DNA of 64,000 nucleotides from Gemmatimonadota bacterium (GTDB lineage Bacteria; Gemmatimonadota; Gemmatimonadetes; Longimicrobiales; Gaopeijiaceae): NCBI GenBank assembly GCA_034521595.1, contig JAXHMG010000003.1, positions 928,001 to 992,000 of the forward strand, read 5' to 3'. Shown piece by piece: positions 32,570 to 42,713 of this stretch (position 1 is its first letter; each line of letters starts with the position of its first letter). The notes under the pieces were generated by a model. It saw only the letters and a program-made list of their open reading frames with translations, ran no database searches and was not told where the DNA came from. The position numbers and the translations under genes were made by a program.

Positions 32570-33623
32570 TCAACACGACCCGATCGGTGGCGGGACGAGG
32601 TTCGCGGGAATGAGCGCCTGCGGCCTGCGGCCGGTTCGCTCCATGTACGCTCGGGTATAGACGCGGATCTGCTCGCCGCCGTCGTAGATCTCGACCAGGT
32701 GGACCTCCTCCGGCGCATAGGTCGCCAACATGGATAGGCCACACGGGACCGGCATCTCGTCGATGAGAACTCTGGGCTGGACGGCGCTCGCCCGCGACCG
32801 GATAGCAGTCGGCGCTCGCGGAGCGCCCCTCGCACGGGGTGAACGGGACCGACCCGTGGTTCCTGAGGAACTGCACGACGTCCGTAGCGCCGGAGCGACG
32901 GAGGCGACCCTCGTCGAACGCCCGCACCGGCCCGAAGCCGTAGGCGTTCCGGCGCTGCTCGAACCTGCTGACCATGACCTCGATGCCTTCGAGCATGATC
33001 GGGTCCGGCTCGAGCTCCACGACGAGCGGCTCCACGTCTCCGCCGAGGGTCACCGGCACGTAGATGCTCTCGTAGCCCAGTCGCTCCACCAGGAGGAGGT
33101 GGGAGCCGGGCGAAGCGTCGTCGATCCGGAAGCTTCCTCGACCGTCCGCCGACTGCGGCCGTCGGTCGCCCAGGCGGAGCAGGGCCCACGGCAGACCTTC
33201 GCCGGTTCTCGCGTCGACCACCGCCCCGGCCAGCACGCTCTCGGAGCGGCCCGTCACCTCCATGCCCTCGAGAAGGAGGGGACGAGGCTGCAGGTAGAGC
33301 TCGAGCCGCTCGGGTTCGTCTCCGACGCGCACGGGCACCACCAGGTCGTCGTACCCGAACCGGCTGATCCGGAGCAACTGGGGCCCGTCGGGCGCGCCGT
33401 CGATCGAGAACGCCCCCGCGTCGTCGGTGAGCCCACGGAGGTCCGTGCCCTCCACCAGGACCGAGGCGTTCGAGACCGGAAGCTCCGTTAGCTCGTCGCG
33501 CACGACACCAACCAACGCACCGCCGCTCTCCGGTGGCTGCTGCGCCGGCAGGTCCGGAGCACACACGCATAGGACCACCACGGGGAATGCCAGGTGGGGC
33601 GCGTGTCGGGTATCGAGTCTCAC
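32570..33623 (-). CDS. Secreted protein with two carboxypeptidase-regulatory-like domains and a plug-like C-terminus; probable frameshift near 32780
   Basis: GVVRDELTELPVSNASV..TDDAGAF..ISRFGY, with a second copy; the C-terminus continues in the 32570..32755 frame (EMPV...EEVHLVEIY). Confidence 0.7.
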
Positions 33624-33638
33624 GTCGTGATCGCGGTC

Positions 33639-34781
33639 CTAAACATCCGGCGGCTTTGCGGTCTGCGTGTCTTCGAGACGAACGCTGATGACCTCCATGC
33701 GCGTATCGCCGTTCTCGGTTTCCGTGACGGTGTACATCGACTCACTTCCGCATACCGGTGCCAGCCAGTTGTCGTGCCGGCTCCTCGTGACCAGGGTGCT
33801 GCTCGCGATGTCGATCACCTCCACGACGGTGTCGAACGTGGCACGGGTCCATTCCGGCGTCGGACCGCCTTCGGGCTCCGCCCTCCAATCGTCGTCAGGG
33901 ACCGCGGAGTACACCCACAGCAGGCCGGACCGGCTCTCCCACACGTGTTGCACGGTCATCGGCGGGGGCTGCGTTACATAAGTCTCTTCGTCCCACTCGC
34001 CATAATCTTCGAACCACGGTCCGAAGTCGTCGGGCGTGGCCACGAGCCCCGTGTCACTCGTCCATCGGTGGAACCGGTAATCCCAGATGCTCGCCGCCCA
34101 GAAGCCGCCATCTCGGCCCTTCGACAACACCCAGTGATCGAGCTCGGCGAGTTCCGGTCGCGTCTGCCCGATGGATTCGATCACGTCTCCGTCGTGAAGG
34201 CTCAGGATGGAGAAGAGGGGCTCGCCGGAATTCCCGCTTGGACGCCGACTCAGGGCCATCAGGCTATCGTCGAGGACCGCCCATCGTCCCACCCTGAAAT
34301 TCAGGGGAACAGTACGAACGGGCGCCCCCGACCCATCCTCCAGCAATACGATGCGGCTGTTGGAGTGGTCGAGCACGTAGGCACCGACGCTACCGCTTCC
34401 TGGATGAATGCGAAGTCTGCGACCGAACTCTCGAGGTCCTTGGCCTTGACGCCCGATCACTCGGATTGCCGGACCTCCTTCGGCGCCATAGACAAGGATC
34501 TGTCCTCCACCAACGGGCGCGGCCATCCAGTACTCCCCGCTCGCGACCTTCGTGACCGCGCAGCCATCTTGAATGGCATCAGGACTCACCGACGCGGGAT
34601 CCGTAGATGCGCCGAGCGCCGCTACAGTCTCGAAGCGAATGCGGCATTCCGGGCAGCTGGGGTCCGAGTTCGAAGGATTCCCTGTAGCGCCATCCCGGGC
34701 GGCTTCGCAGCCCAGCGAACAACACATGGCCAAAGCCATGATGGACGTTCTGACTCGAGCAGTGCGGAAAGCCATGGCCAT
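33639..34781 (-). CDS. 6-bladed (NHL/TolB-like) beta-propeller lipoprotein #1
   Basis: AAGGAG RBS, lipobox-like SLGC, IGRQGQGPREF. Confidence 0.78.
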   Translation of the reverse strand: MAMAFRTARVRTSIMALAMCCSLGCEAARDGATGNPSNSDPSCPECRIRFETVAALGASTDPASVSPDAIQDGCAVTKVASGEYWMAAPVGGGQILVYGAEGGPAIRVIGRQGQGPREFGRRLRIHPGSGSVGAYVLDHSNSRIVLLEDGSGAPVRTVPLNFRVGRWAVLDDSLMALSRRPSGNSGEPLFSILSLHDGDVIESIGQTRPELAELDHWVLSKGRDGGFWAASIWDYRFHRWTSDTGLVATPDDFGPWFEDYGEWDEETYVTQPPPMTVQHVWESRSGLLWVYSAVPDDDWRAEPEGGPTPEWTRATFDTVVEVIDIASSTLVTRSRHDNWLAPVCGSESMYTVTETENGDTRMEVISVRLEDTQTAKPPDV

Positions 34782-34921
34782 GCGTCTCCGCTCCTTCCAT
34801 CGCGGGGCGTCGTGCTCGTGCGACCGTAGATCGCGACCGAGCGGTCGGCAAGGGTTGCGGAACGCGTGCGGCTGCCGAAGACTCGGCTTAGTCGCTCCCC
34901 GAGAGAGGAGGTCGGATCGCA

Positions 34922-36199
34922 ATGACCAACAGGCCAACCTCAGCGCTCATCCTGGCCACCGCCGCCGCCGTCGCCGGGACCGCGACCCACGCCGGAGCGC
35001 AGGACCAGTGCGAGTGGACGCTTGAGGAGACGCTCCGCGTAGGCTCCATCGACGGGGATGACGCGCTCTCGGGTGTCCTCGACTTGGACATCGGACCGGA
35101 CGGAATGCTCTACGTCGCGGAGCAGTTCGTGCCCCACATCACCGTGTTTACACCGGACGGTCGCCCAAGCCACACGATCGGCCGTGCCGGCAGTGGACCG
35201 GGGGAATTCGACCTCAGTGCGGTCTCCCTCGGTTGGAGGCAGGACACCCTGTGGGCCACGGATCGCGCCACGACCCACTTCTTTCCGCCGGACGGCACGG
35301 ACCCGCGCCAGGTCGAGTTCAGGATCCCCCGTCCACACGAGGGCTCGCGGCTCATTCCGAGACGACCGCTCGCCGACGGCACGTTTCTGGCCCGACGATG
35401 TGCGATGACGGCCGGTGGGGGCAGCATGGAGGACTTCTTCGGTGCGGAGAGGCTACCGGTGCTTCGAGTTTCGGCTTCCGGCCGTATCGTCGATACCGTC
35501 GACACCATCGCTCTCGCTCGGCAGCAGATGTCCGTCGGGATCGATCACGGCAGTAGAAGAGGCATCGGCTACGCCGAGCATCCGCTGAACGGCTCATGGA
35601 AGGGCTTCGCACGGTTCACGCCGAGCATCGACGGCTCGTCGATCTTCATGATCGGCGAGATCCGCGACGAGGTCCGTCCCGCGAGCTTCGACCTCCTGCA
35701 GATCGATCTCTCGGGAGACACGCTCATGGAGCGCACGATCCAGTACGAGCCCAGGCCCGTGACCGACCGGGACCGGACCTGGTTGACCGAACGATTCGCG
35801 AGCAATCAAGCCGGCGACTACGATGACGACTCCCGCACGTCCCCTTTCCCCCCGCGGGACGAAGCCGCCCGCGAGCGGGACCGCCGGGCCGCGCGGGAAT
35901 CCATCACGTTTCCCGAGCATCATCCCCCGGTGCGGGACATCGTGGCGGGGGACGACGGCACGATCTGGATGCTTCGGGAACTGGACATCCCCGATCTGGT
36001 GGATCGCTGGGAGGTGTACGGTCCCACCGGCGAGCTCGAGGGCACCGTGCTCATCCGCGAGGGACGCTCGGCTCGCGCTCCCTGGTATCCCCGGCTGAAC
36101 GTGCTCCACGCTACGCGCGACGAGCTCTGGGGCACGACCTTGGGTGAGTTCGATGTGCCGTATATCCACCGGTATCGTGTCGATGCCGGTTGCCGGTGA
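34922..36199 (+). CDS. 6-bladed beta-propeller, secreted, #2
   Basis: GAGGAGG RBS, signal peptide ending AGA-Q, IGRAGSGPGEF, C-terminal GEFDVPYIHRYRV. Confidence 0.85.
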   Translation: MTNRPTSALILATAAAVAGTATHAGAQDQCEWTLEETLRVGSIDGDDALSGVLDLDIGPDGMLYVAEQFVPHITVFTPDGRPSHTIGRAGSGPGEFDLSAVSLGWRQDTLWATDRATTHFFPPDGTDPRQVEFRIPRPHEGSRLIPRRPLADGTFLARRCAMTAGGGSMEDFFGAERLPVLRVSASGRIVDTVDTIALARQQMSVGIDHGSRRGIGYAEHPLNGSWKGFARFTPSIDGSSIFMIGEIRDEVRPASFDLLQIDLSGDTLMERTIQYEPRPVTDRDRTWLTERFASNQAGDYDDDSRTSPFPPRDEAARERDRRAARESITFPEHHPPVRDIVAGDDGTIWMLRELDIPDLVDRWEVYGPTGELEGTVLIREGRSARAPWYPRLNVLHATRDELWGTTLGEFDVPYIHRYRVDAGCR

Positions 36200-36234
36200 G
36201 GGCCGCTCTCGATCGCTCGTGTAGCATCGCCGCC

Positions 36235-37497
36235 ATGGCGTGGACGTTCTTCTCAGACTTCGTCATGGTGGGACAAATGAGCTGGACCGCGACACGGATG
36301 GGCGGCGTGATCTTGGCTTCCGCTTCCATGCTTCTCACCTCCTGTGTGGCACCCGACGGGCCGGTGGGAGCCGCGATGTCCATGGTGGATTCGGCCGGCG
36401 TGAGAATCGTCACGACCCACCGTCTCGAGTGGGATACTGTGCGGATCCTCGAGGAACAGCCGGCGGCCGCCTTTCCGGGAGACCGGTCTTCGGCGGCTCT
36501 CTCCCGCGTGCGCGACGCGGCCGTCGTTGGAAATCGGGTCGCGGTCCTGGATAGCCAGGAGGAGCGGGTGTTCCTGTTCTCCGAAGCCGGGGAGCCGGAA
36601 GATACGGTCGGCGGTCCCGGCCAGGGCCCGGGAGAGTTCCGAGCTGCAGTCTCCATGACCGTGGCCGACGGCAACATTCACGTCTTCGATCGATCTCTTC
36701 GGCGGATCACTCAGTTCGCCCCGGATGGGACGATTCGCCGCCTTGTCTCGCTACAGGCTCCGGATTTCCCAGGGAAGCAGCATGTCTCCTACGCTTGGAT
36801 GGTGGATGCGGATCGAGTGCTCGTCTGGGAGTATGTCGAGAGTGAGCAGGCCCCTGTCTCGAGCTCGGGCGACGCGGAGCGATGGGTCACGCCCGGAAGG
36901 CTCCGCCTTGCCAATCTCGCGACGTCGGGGGTGGAGACCCTCTTTCGTGCTCCAGCCAGAGACTGGATCGTCGAGGGGAGCCGATGGTGGGTTGCCCCGT
37001 TCGGGCCGTACACGACGCTTTCGCACGCGAACGGTCGGCTATACATGTCCCCGGGTTCTTCCCACGCGGTGCATATCATCGATCCCGATTCGGGGTGGGT
37101 CGCCAGCTACCGGTATCCGGCTGCGGATCGGCCGTTCGATCTACGGGAGCTCGCGCGACTCGAGGATGAGGCCAGGGTGGAAGCGTCGGAGAGCGGGCAC
37201 CCCTTCATGGCGGAAGTGCTTTTCTCGCCGGACATCCAACCCCCCATGCAACCGGCGATCCAGCGGGTGCGGGTCACGGGGTGGGGAGCAGTGTGGGCCC
37301 AGGTGCATGCGCCGGCCCAGCATCACTCGCCCGACTGGTGGGTTCTCGGTGCCGACGGACGGTTTCGCGGCATCGTTCGCCTGCCTGGTCGGCGCGAGCT
37401 ACTCGGCTTCGACGGCGACTATGCTATCATGCGGTCACTCGATGAGTTCGACGTGCCGACGGTGGAACTGTGGAGACTACCCGCCGACCTCCGGTGA
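36235..37497 (+). CDS. 6-bladed beta-propeller lipoprotein #3 (start 36235 or 36277)
   Basis: Lipobox LTSC, VDSAGVRIV, VGGPGQGPGEF, C-terminal DEFDVPTVELWRL. Confidence 0.85.
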   Translation: MAWTFFSDFVMVGQMSWTATRMGGVILASASMLLTSCVAPDGPVGAAMSMVDSAGVRIVTTHRLEWDTVRILEEQPAAAFPGDRSSAALSRVRDAAVVGNRVAVLDSQEERVFLFSEAGEPEDTVGGPGQGPGEFRAAVSMTVADGNIHVFDRSLRRITQFAPDGTIRRLVSLQAPDFPGKQHVSYAWMVDADRVLVWEYVESEQAPVSSSGDAERWVTPGRLRLANLATSGVETLFRAPARDWIVEGSRWWVAPFGPYTTLSHANGRLYMSPGSSHAVHIIDPDSGWVASYRYPAADRPFDLRELARLEDEARVEASESGHPFMAEVLFSPDIQPPMQPAIQRVRVTGWGAVWAQVHAPAQHHSPDWWVLGADGRFRGIVRLPGRRELLGFDGDYAIMRSLDEFDVPTVELWRLPADLR

Positions 37498-37524
37498 AAC
37501 ACGAACCTCGGATGGCATTGTCTC

Positions 37525-38589
37525 TCACTGTTGATGCTTCTCCGGTGTCGACCGGACGAGGCGAACCTGCGGCCAAGGAAGATTCGAGCCGAACAACCGT
37601 GTTCCGGAAGCCGCATGGAGGAGGCGAGGCATGTCTTGGTTTCGTTCAATGATCGTCCCGGACTCGCGGTCCAGCACCCAAGTCGTAAGGTCTCCCTCGT
37701 CGATCTCGCGGTTCTCGAAGTCGAGCACGGCGTGTTGGACCACGAGCAGATTGTCATCGAAAGGGGACGTCGCGGCCAAGAAGTGCTGACTCTCCGTCTC
37801 CGGGTCCGGCACGATCGCCAACCCACCCCTGTCCGTGACCTGAAACCCGACTTCCCGGTAGTCGTCCAACTCGGTCGTCCACCGCTCTCTCCCGTCCACA
37901 GTGAAGGCGGTGACCCGGGGAGTGCTGCGGTGCACCTCGATGACCTGAGCGTTTTCGGCGTCGCAGACGAGTGCGGCATCGGAGCGGCTCTGTAGCGCCG
38001 ATTCGACGAGTCCAGGGGAGGCCCTGAGGTCCAGCTCCGGGAGGTCTCCGAACGACTGAACGAGCTCACCCGTTTCCAGCGAAAGCTCGTGGATCGTCAT
38101 CCCTTCGTGGATGCCCTGAAGGAACACCCGGCCGTCCATCGAGCAGAAATCCGAGAATAGGCCGGGGACGCTGAACTCTTCGACGAGCGAGAGGTCGTTG
38201 GAATAGAGCGACAATCGCCGATTCCCCTGGTCGAAGACCAGTGGCCTGTCCCCCTCGAGCAGGGTCACCGCGGCGAGCACGTAGAATTCGCCCGGCCCGC
38301 GTCCGGATCCCCCTGTGCCATGGAGGAGATTCCCTTGGAAGTCATAGAGTCGGAGCCGCTGCATCCGGGAATCCACCAAAGCGAAGACCTCCTCGCCCAC
38401 GTAGCCGTCCTCGACGAGCCCGATGATCTCGGTTTCATCACCCTGTCGCTCTCCGACCACGATGCTCGCATCGACCGTCGCGAGACGGTCCTCGGCGGTC
38501 TGAGCTGAAAGGGGTGCCGTGGAGAGAAGTACGGTCAGCAGCGTTGCTCGCGTCAAAAGCGTTGTCATGCGAGCCACGAGTTCGAGCAT
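37525..38589 (-). CDS. 6-bladed beta-propeller, secreted, #4
   Basis: Signal peptide ending LSA-Q, GGSGRGPGEF, C-terminal PWPQVRLVR. Confidence 0.82.
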   Translation of the reverse strand: MLELVARMTTLLTRATLLTVLLSTAPLSAQTAEDRLATVDASIVVGERQGDETEIIGLVEDGYVGEEVFALVDSRMQRLRLYDFQGNLLHGTGGSGRGPGEFYVLAAVTLLEGDRPLVFDQGNRRLSLYSNDLSLVEEFSVPGLFSDFCSMDGRVFLQGIHEGMTIHELSLETGELVQSFGDLPELDLRASPGLVESALQSRSDAALVCDAENAQVIEVHRSTPRVTAFTVDGRERWTTELDDYREVGFQVTDRGGLAIVPDPETESQHFLAATSPFDDNLLVVQHAVLDFENREIDEGDLTTWVLDRESGTIIERNQDMPRLLHAASGTRLFGSNLPWPQVRLVRSTPEKHQQ

Positions 38590-38692
38590 ATTTCCACCAC
38601 CGAGGAGAATGCTCACTAATACCAGATCCCCTTCTGTCTCATCGACGTGGATGGGTTCCGCCATCCGTCCGCAGTCTTGCTTCGGTCGTTCG

Positions 38693-39925
38693 TTAATTCT
38701 GGGCACCGACCTCCCATACCTCGACATACTCTTCGTCTAGGCGAGTGCGCCTGAGCAGAGCGATCCGATCCCGCCCCACAGCAAGTAGTTCTGTCCGCCC
38801 TGGCAGATAGCCGAACTGCTCGGTCGGCACCTTCAACTCCGCTTCTGGGATGCCGTCCGGAGAGAATATGACCCATCTTCGAAGTGCTTCTCCCGGGATA
38901 GTGGCCTCTCCGATCCATAGCGAGCCATCGGGATCAACCTGGAGGCCTTCGAAGCCCGGTAGGGTCTCGTGTATGGGCGCCTCGTTCCAAACCTTCCGGA
39001 TCCCCTCGTCGTCCAGAGGAACCATGGACGATCTCCTCTTCTCCCATGCCGATTCCTCACTTCTACCGACCTCTCCGTTTCGGCCCGGAGCTACGATGCG
39101 ACGCAGCGGGGCCATATCGGAGTCGTAGACCATGACATCCAAAGAGTCAGTGGAGCCTATAGCGACTCGCTCCCCTCCGGATGCGTGGAAGACCGTTCTT
39201 GCGAAACCGATCGGAACCAGGAAGGCGGTGCTCCTCTCCAGGCTACCGAAAGCGCGCTCCAGGCCTTTCCAGACACCGACCGTATCCGGTCCGTTGCCGT
39301 CGGCGTCCCACGTCAAAAGAGGTACCGTGTCCCTCCGTTCACCACTGCTCTGGAAATAGCGCTGCTCTCCGAGCACCGCGGCAACTCGACCGCTATCGGA
39401 AACCATGAGAGGTACGAGAGAAACCACTGGGTTCTCGTAGCCCAGCCGCACGACCTCCATGAACTCCGCGTCCGGGCTATACCTTGAAAAACGGTTATAA
39501 TCCCAAGCTGTGAAGCCGCCATCCGCGGCCGGGAGGAGCTTGGTCAACCGTTCGAACTCTCCGGGGCCCTGGCCCCGACGACCGATGCGGCGTGAGGAAG
39601 TCCCTTCGCTGCCCAAATGGATCAACTCTTGCGATCCGGTGTTGGCCAGCACCAGCGACCCGTCGGGTAGGAACAACCCGTCCAGCACCTCAAAGAGCTC
39701 AACCTCTCGCCCGTCAACATCCCGAGTACTGAACAGCCGTCTGGCTGAGAGCTCTGGCAGCGAAAACTCCTTCAGCGGTGGAATCTCCACCAGCTGCAGG
39801 CCCGCCGAATCGGAGACTGTGACCTCGGGACGGTCAAGGGTGGGAGCCCCATCACAGCCCATGGCGGTCAGCAGCATCAGCAGCGCGATCCATCCAGCGT
39901 CGGCATGTAGGTCCCGATCCGCCAT
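38693..39925 (-). CDS. 6-bladed beta-propeller lipoprotein #5
   Basis: GAGG RBS, lipobox-like AMGC, SDSAGLQLV, IGRRGQGPGEF, C-terminal LDEEYVEVWEV. Confidence 0.85.
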   Translation of the reverse strand: MADRDLHADAGWIALLMLLTAMGCDGAPTLDRPEVTVSDSAGLQLVEIPPLKEFSLPELSARRLFSTRDVDGREVELFEVLDGLFLPDGSLVLANTGSQELIHLGSEGTSSRRIGRRGQGPGEFERLTKLLPAADGGFTAWDYNRFSRYSPDAEFMEVVRLGYENPVVSLVPLMVSDSGRVAAVLGEQRYFQSSGERRDTVPLLTWDADGNGPDTVGVWKGLERAFGSLERSTAFLVPIGFARTVFHASGGERVAIGSTDSLDVMVYDSDMAPLRRIVAPGRNGEVGRSEESAWEKRRSSMVPLDDEGIRKVWNEAPIHETLPGFEGLQVDPDGSLWIGEATIPGEALRRWVIFSPDGIPEAELKVPTEQFGYLPGRTELLAVGRDRIALLRRTRLDEEYVEVWEVGAQN

Positions 39926-40147
39926 GTTGCCTCGAGTTCGTTCAATTCGCCCGCTCGTCCCGATAGGGCCAGAAGCCTGCGATGTCAGTTGATGTTCAGA
40001 TGTTTCTGACGTGGCCACAGCATACACGCTCATGTTTCCTGGGCCTTCGGAATGCACCTGTCAGGATACGATTCCCGCACGCTCGATGCCATGTTGGTCG
40101 GAGCGAACGAGGTGAGCGGAGTGAGGACCTAAATGGGCTTGTCAGAT

Positions 40148-40357
40148 TCATTCGGGGCAGTGGCCGAAAGAGCAGCAATAGAAACCCGTGCAGTCTTGGC
40201 TACCACAAAGCTCGCAGCAGCCAGTGCAACTGAAATTATAGCATTGGCAGACGCTTGCACTGGGACTGGCCACCAACGGAGATCCGGCGAGGAAATAGCC
40301 AGATGCGGCCATGAAGAGAAAAAGGCCGATCGCTCGAACGGAGGCGAACTGCTTCAT
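40148..40357 (-). CDS. Small secreted cysteine-rich peptide (69 aa; 10 Cys in residues 37-67)
   Basis: GAGGT RBS just before ATG; MKQFASVR plus a hydrophobic h-region; core CQCYNFSCTGCCELCGSQDCTGFYCCSFGHCPE; co-oriented with its neighbours. Confidence 0.8.
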   Translation of the reverse strand: MKQFASVRAIGLFLFMAASGYFLAGSPLVASPSASVCQCYNFSCTGCCELCGSQDCTGFYCCSFGHCPE

Positions 40358-40434
40358 TTTGACCTCACTTTTCTAGGGTGTGAGCAACGAGCGGGGAGGC
40401 ATCGTGGAGAGACTCCCTCCTCGTAACGGACCAC

Positions 40435-40956
40435 TCATTGTGACTCTGAGAGAAAGGCGCTTATGTCGAGCAGATCGACGAACGAGGTTGTACGGACAAG
40501 GCTCGTCCTGTTGAGGTAGGACACGCCCGCGTATCGACCCGCACCATCGAGCATCACAACGGCCGGTGTGGTCGGCGTTGTCCCAAGAACTTTTTCGGGG
40601 TTCACTGGCTGTACGTCGCCAACGCGCAGCCTCTCCTCCCTAATGAACCGCTCGACGTCCCCGGAGGCGTCATCGTATCTCCACACGGTCAGTTCCAACC
40701 CGGCAGGTTCTACCTGGGTGCGGATGAGGTCTCGGACCTGGCGTCCGAGATCTTCGCATGAGAGAACGTCCACTCCACTTACGATGAGCACCACCTGCTC
40801 ACTGGCCTCCCTGGCTGGTAAGGCATCGGGGAGCTGACCCGAAAAATCTTCAAAAAGAGGGTCCTCAGTAACGGTGCCCGGAAGGGCCTGCACCGCGATG
40901 CGCCCCCCGAAGCCCGTGACCAACCCACACAGCGCAACAGCAAGCATTTTCCTCAT
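40435..40956 (-). CDS. Exported or membrane-anchored thioredoxin-fold-like protein with a degenerate CxxC (VLSC)
   Basis: N-terminal hydrophobic segment; VVLIVSGVDVLSC followed by a predicted helix; TTPAVVMLDGAG resembles the Trx cis-Pro strand. Confidence 0.55.
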   Translation of the reverse strand: MRKMLAVALCGLVTGFGGRIAVQALPGTVTEDPLFEDFSGQLPDALPAREASEQVVLIVSGVDVLSCEDLGRQVRDLIRTQVEPAGLELTVWRYDDASGDVERFIREERLRVGDVQPVNPEKVLGTTPTTPAVVMLDGAGRYAGVSYLNRTSLVRTTSFVDLLDISAFLSESQ

Positions 40957-40960
40957 GGCC

Positions 40961-42010
40961 TCAGCTCCCAGTGTCGAGGATACGGAGAAGCACGAACGGA
41001 TCGTGGGCGTCGGACGGATTCCGAAGCACCAATCCGCGTCCCTCACGGTCGCGCCCCAACAGACCGGCGTCCGCGAGGCGAATCGATGCGATGCGATGAA
41101 GTAGGTTAGGCGGCGCTGGAGCGAAGAGTGCAATTTCCCCCCCCTCAAGGGGGTTCCACCGCACCGACTCTTGGTTACCCATCTCTGCCGTCCGCACTTG
41201 AACCAAGGCGCGGCAGCCTGGGAGCGCTACAACACTTCGAACGTGGGGGCGGTCCTCGGCGAGAGTCGACTGCCGGTTGGGGACGTCAGGCCATCGTTCG
41301 GAAGGGTCCCAAACTCCCGCCGCTAGCTGACGGCCCTCGTAGTCAAAAGCCCGCAGGCTATCCGAAAAGGTCGATGCGGCGAAGATGCATCCGTCGAAGG
41401 CGTCTGCGAGGATGCGCTCGGCGCTCTCGATGGCGGGATTGGTCCGATACCACTCGGAGAGGGCCATGAAGGACGCCTCCACGGAACCCTGGAAATCGAT
41501 GACCTCGAGGAGCCCCGCTCCATCTGTGGCCGACTGATAGACAGCAAGGAGCCGATCGGGGCCCAAATATCTAATCGCGATGGGCTGGCGTGCACGGCGA
41601 TCCTGGACCAGGGAAGTGCGCGATATCTCGGATCCGAGGTTGTCTAGAAGAACAAGCTGTGAGTCGAGGAAGTCATACGCTCCAACGCCGCGCTCCATTG
41701 GGAAGACAGAAAGGACCGTGCCAAACTGTCCGGGGCCGCGTCCAGCGGAGCCGATTGTCCTCAAACGGTGACCACCGTGCGAATACACCTTGATGTTGCG
41801 GTCCGAGAAGTCGACCACCCAGAACGAACTATCTAACCGCTCAACGACCTCCCATGGTCGTGCCAGAATGGATTCTGACCCGTCCCGGAGTTCCGCGACG
41901 CGTTCGATAACAAGCTCCGGCGAGCGAGAGACTGTGGGCTTCTCGATCGCGAGTGATGCAAGGCCGAGGCAACAGAAGACTGCCGTCAGTCCGGAACGTG
42001 TTCGATACAT
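40961..42010 (-). CDS. 6-bladed beta-propeller, exported, #6
   Basis: GGAGG RBS, hydrophobic N-terminus, WVVDFSDRNIKVY, IGSAGRGPGQF. Confidence 0.8.
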   Translation of the reverse strand: MYRTRSGLTAVFCCLGLASLAIEKPTVSRSPELVIERVAELRDGSESILARPWEVVERLDSSFWVVDFSDRNIKVYSHGGHRLRTIGSAGRGPGQFGTVLSVFPMERGVGAYDFLDSQLVLLDNLGSEISRTSLVQDRRARQPIAIRYLGPDRLLAVYQSATDGAGLLEVIDFQGSVEASFMALSEWYRTNPAIESAERILADAFDGCIFAASTFSDSLRAFDYEGRQLAAGVWDPSERWPDVPNRQSTLAEDRPHVRSVVALPGCRALVQVRTAEMGNQESVRWNPLEGGEIALFAPAPPNLLHRIASIRLADAGLLGRDREGRGLVLRNPSDAHDPFVLLRILDTGS

Positions 42011-42136
42011 CGACCAACCTCCGAGAATCGCTGCCTGGGTATGGGACCCACATTGAGGGGCTGAAACCGCTCCTACAAGACGTCGTCGTAAGCCCGACGG
42101 AATGACATATTTTCGACGGTCCGCCCCATCGGAGGC

Positions 42137-42442
42137 TCAGGCGTCTTCAAGCTCCCTTTCGAGCACCTGCAGGTACTCTGAGATGCGTGCTATAGCATCG
42201 ATGGATCTCGGCGAGGAGGGGCCAAGTCCATCGGGGGGAGGTGGGAGTAGTTCCCTGATATCGGTATTCAATGCCTCTGACACTCCGACGAGCACTTCCA
42301 CGCTGAGTTTTGACCTGGACATCTGGGACACCAATGTCGTTCGAGGAACGCCCGCCTCGTCGGCTAGCCATGTCCAAGACCTACTGCCAAGCCGACGTGT
42401 AATTTGTCTCCGGATGTACTCCTGAAGATTGCGCCCACGCAT
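42137..42442 (-). CDS. XRE/Cro-like HTH transcriptional regulator
   Basis: GGAGG RBS; WLADEAGVPRTTLVSQM...VSEALNTDIRELL. Confidence 0.7.
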   Translation of the reverse strand: MRGRNLQEYIRRQITRRLGSRSWTWLADEAGVPRTTLVSQMSRSKLSVEVLVGVSEALNTDIRELLPPPPDGLGPSSPRSIDAIARISEYLQVLERELEDA

Positions 42443-42713
42443 CGCAAACCTCCCGCCCTAACGAGCCAAACCTCAGACTCCACCTCCACCTCCTTTTCGG
42501 CTCTATGCCGGATAAGTGCACCGACCGAAGGACCTACGGGAGGGCATTTTCACCGAATCGCGAGCAATTTCACCAGAACGTGACACGCACGTCCTCGACG
42601 CCGATCGAGAACACCGCCGATACGCTGCTGTCCCGAACTTGCGAACCTCCTCCAAGGCGCGTAGGGTGCTTTCTGGGGCGATCCAGCCCTTGGGGCAGGA
42701 GGCGTTGTGGATC

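Noticed and set aside
23300-33600. Integron cassette array (several TA modules)
   Set aside because: No intI and no recognisable RYYYAAC...GTTRRRY attC palindromes by eye; mixed gene orientations
40148-40357. Peptide as a lanthipeptide, sactipeptide or ranthipeptide precursor, or a ferredoxin
   Set aside because: Hydrophobic Sec-type signal rather than a RiPP leader, no modifying enzymes in the window, and Cys spacing does not fit CxxCxxCxxxCP; enzymes encoded elsewhere cannot be excluded
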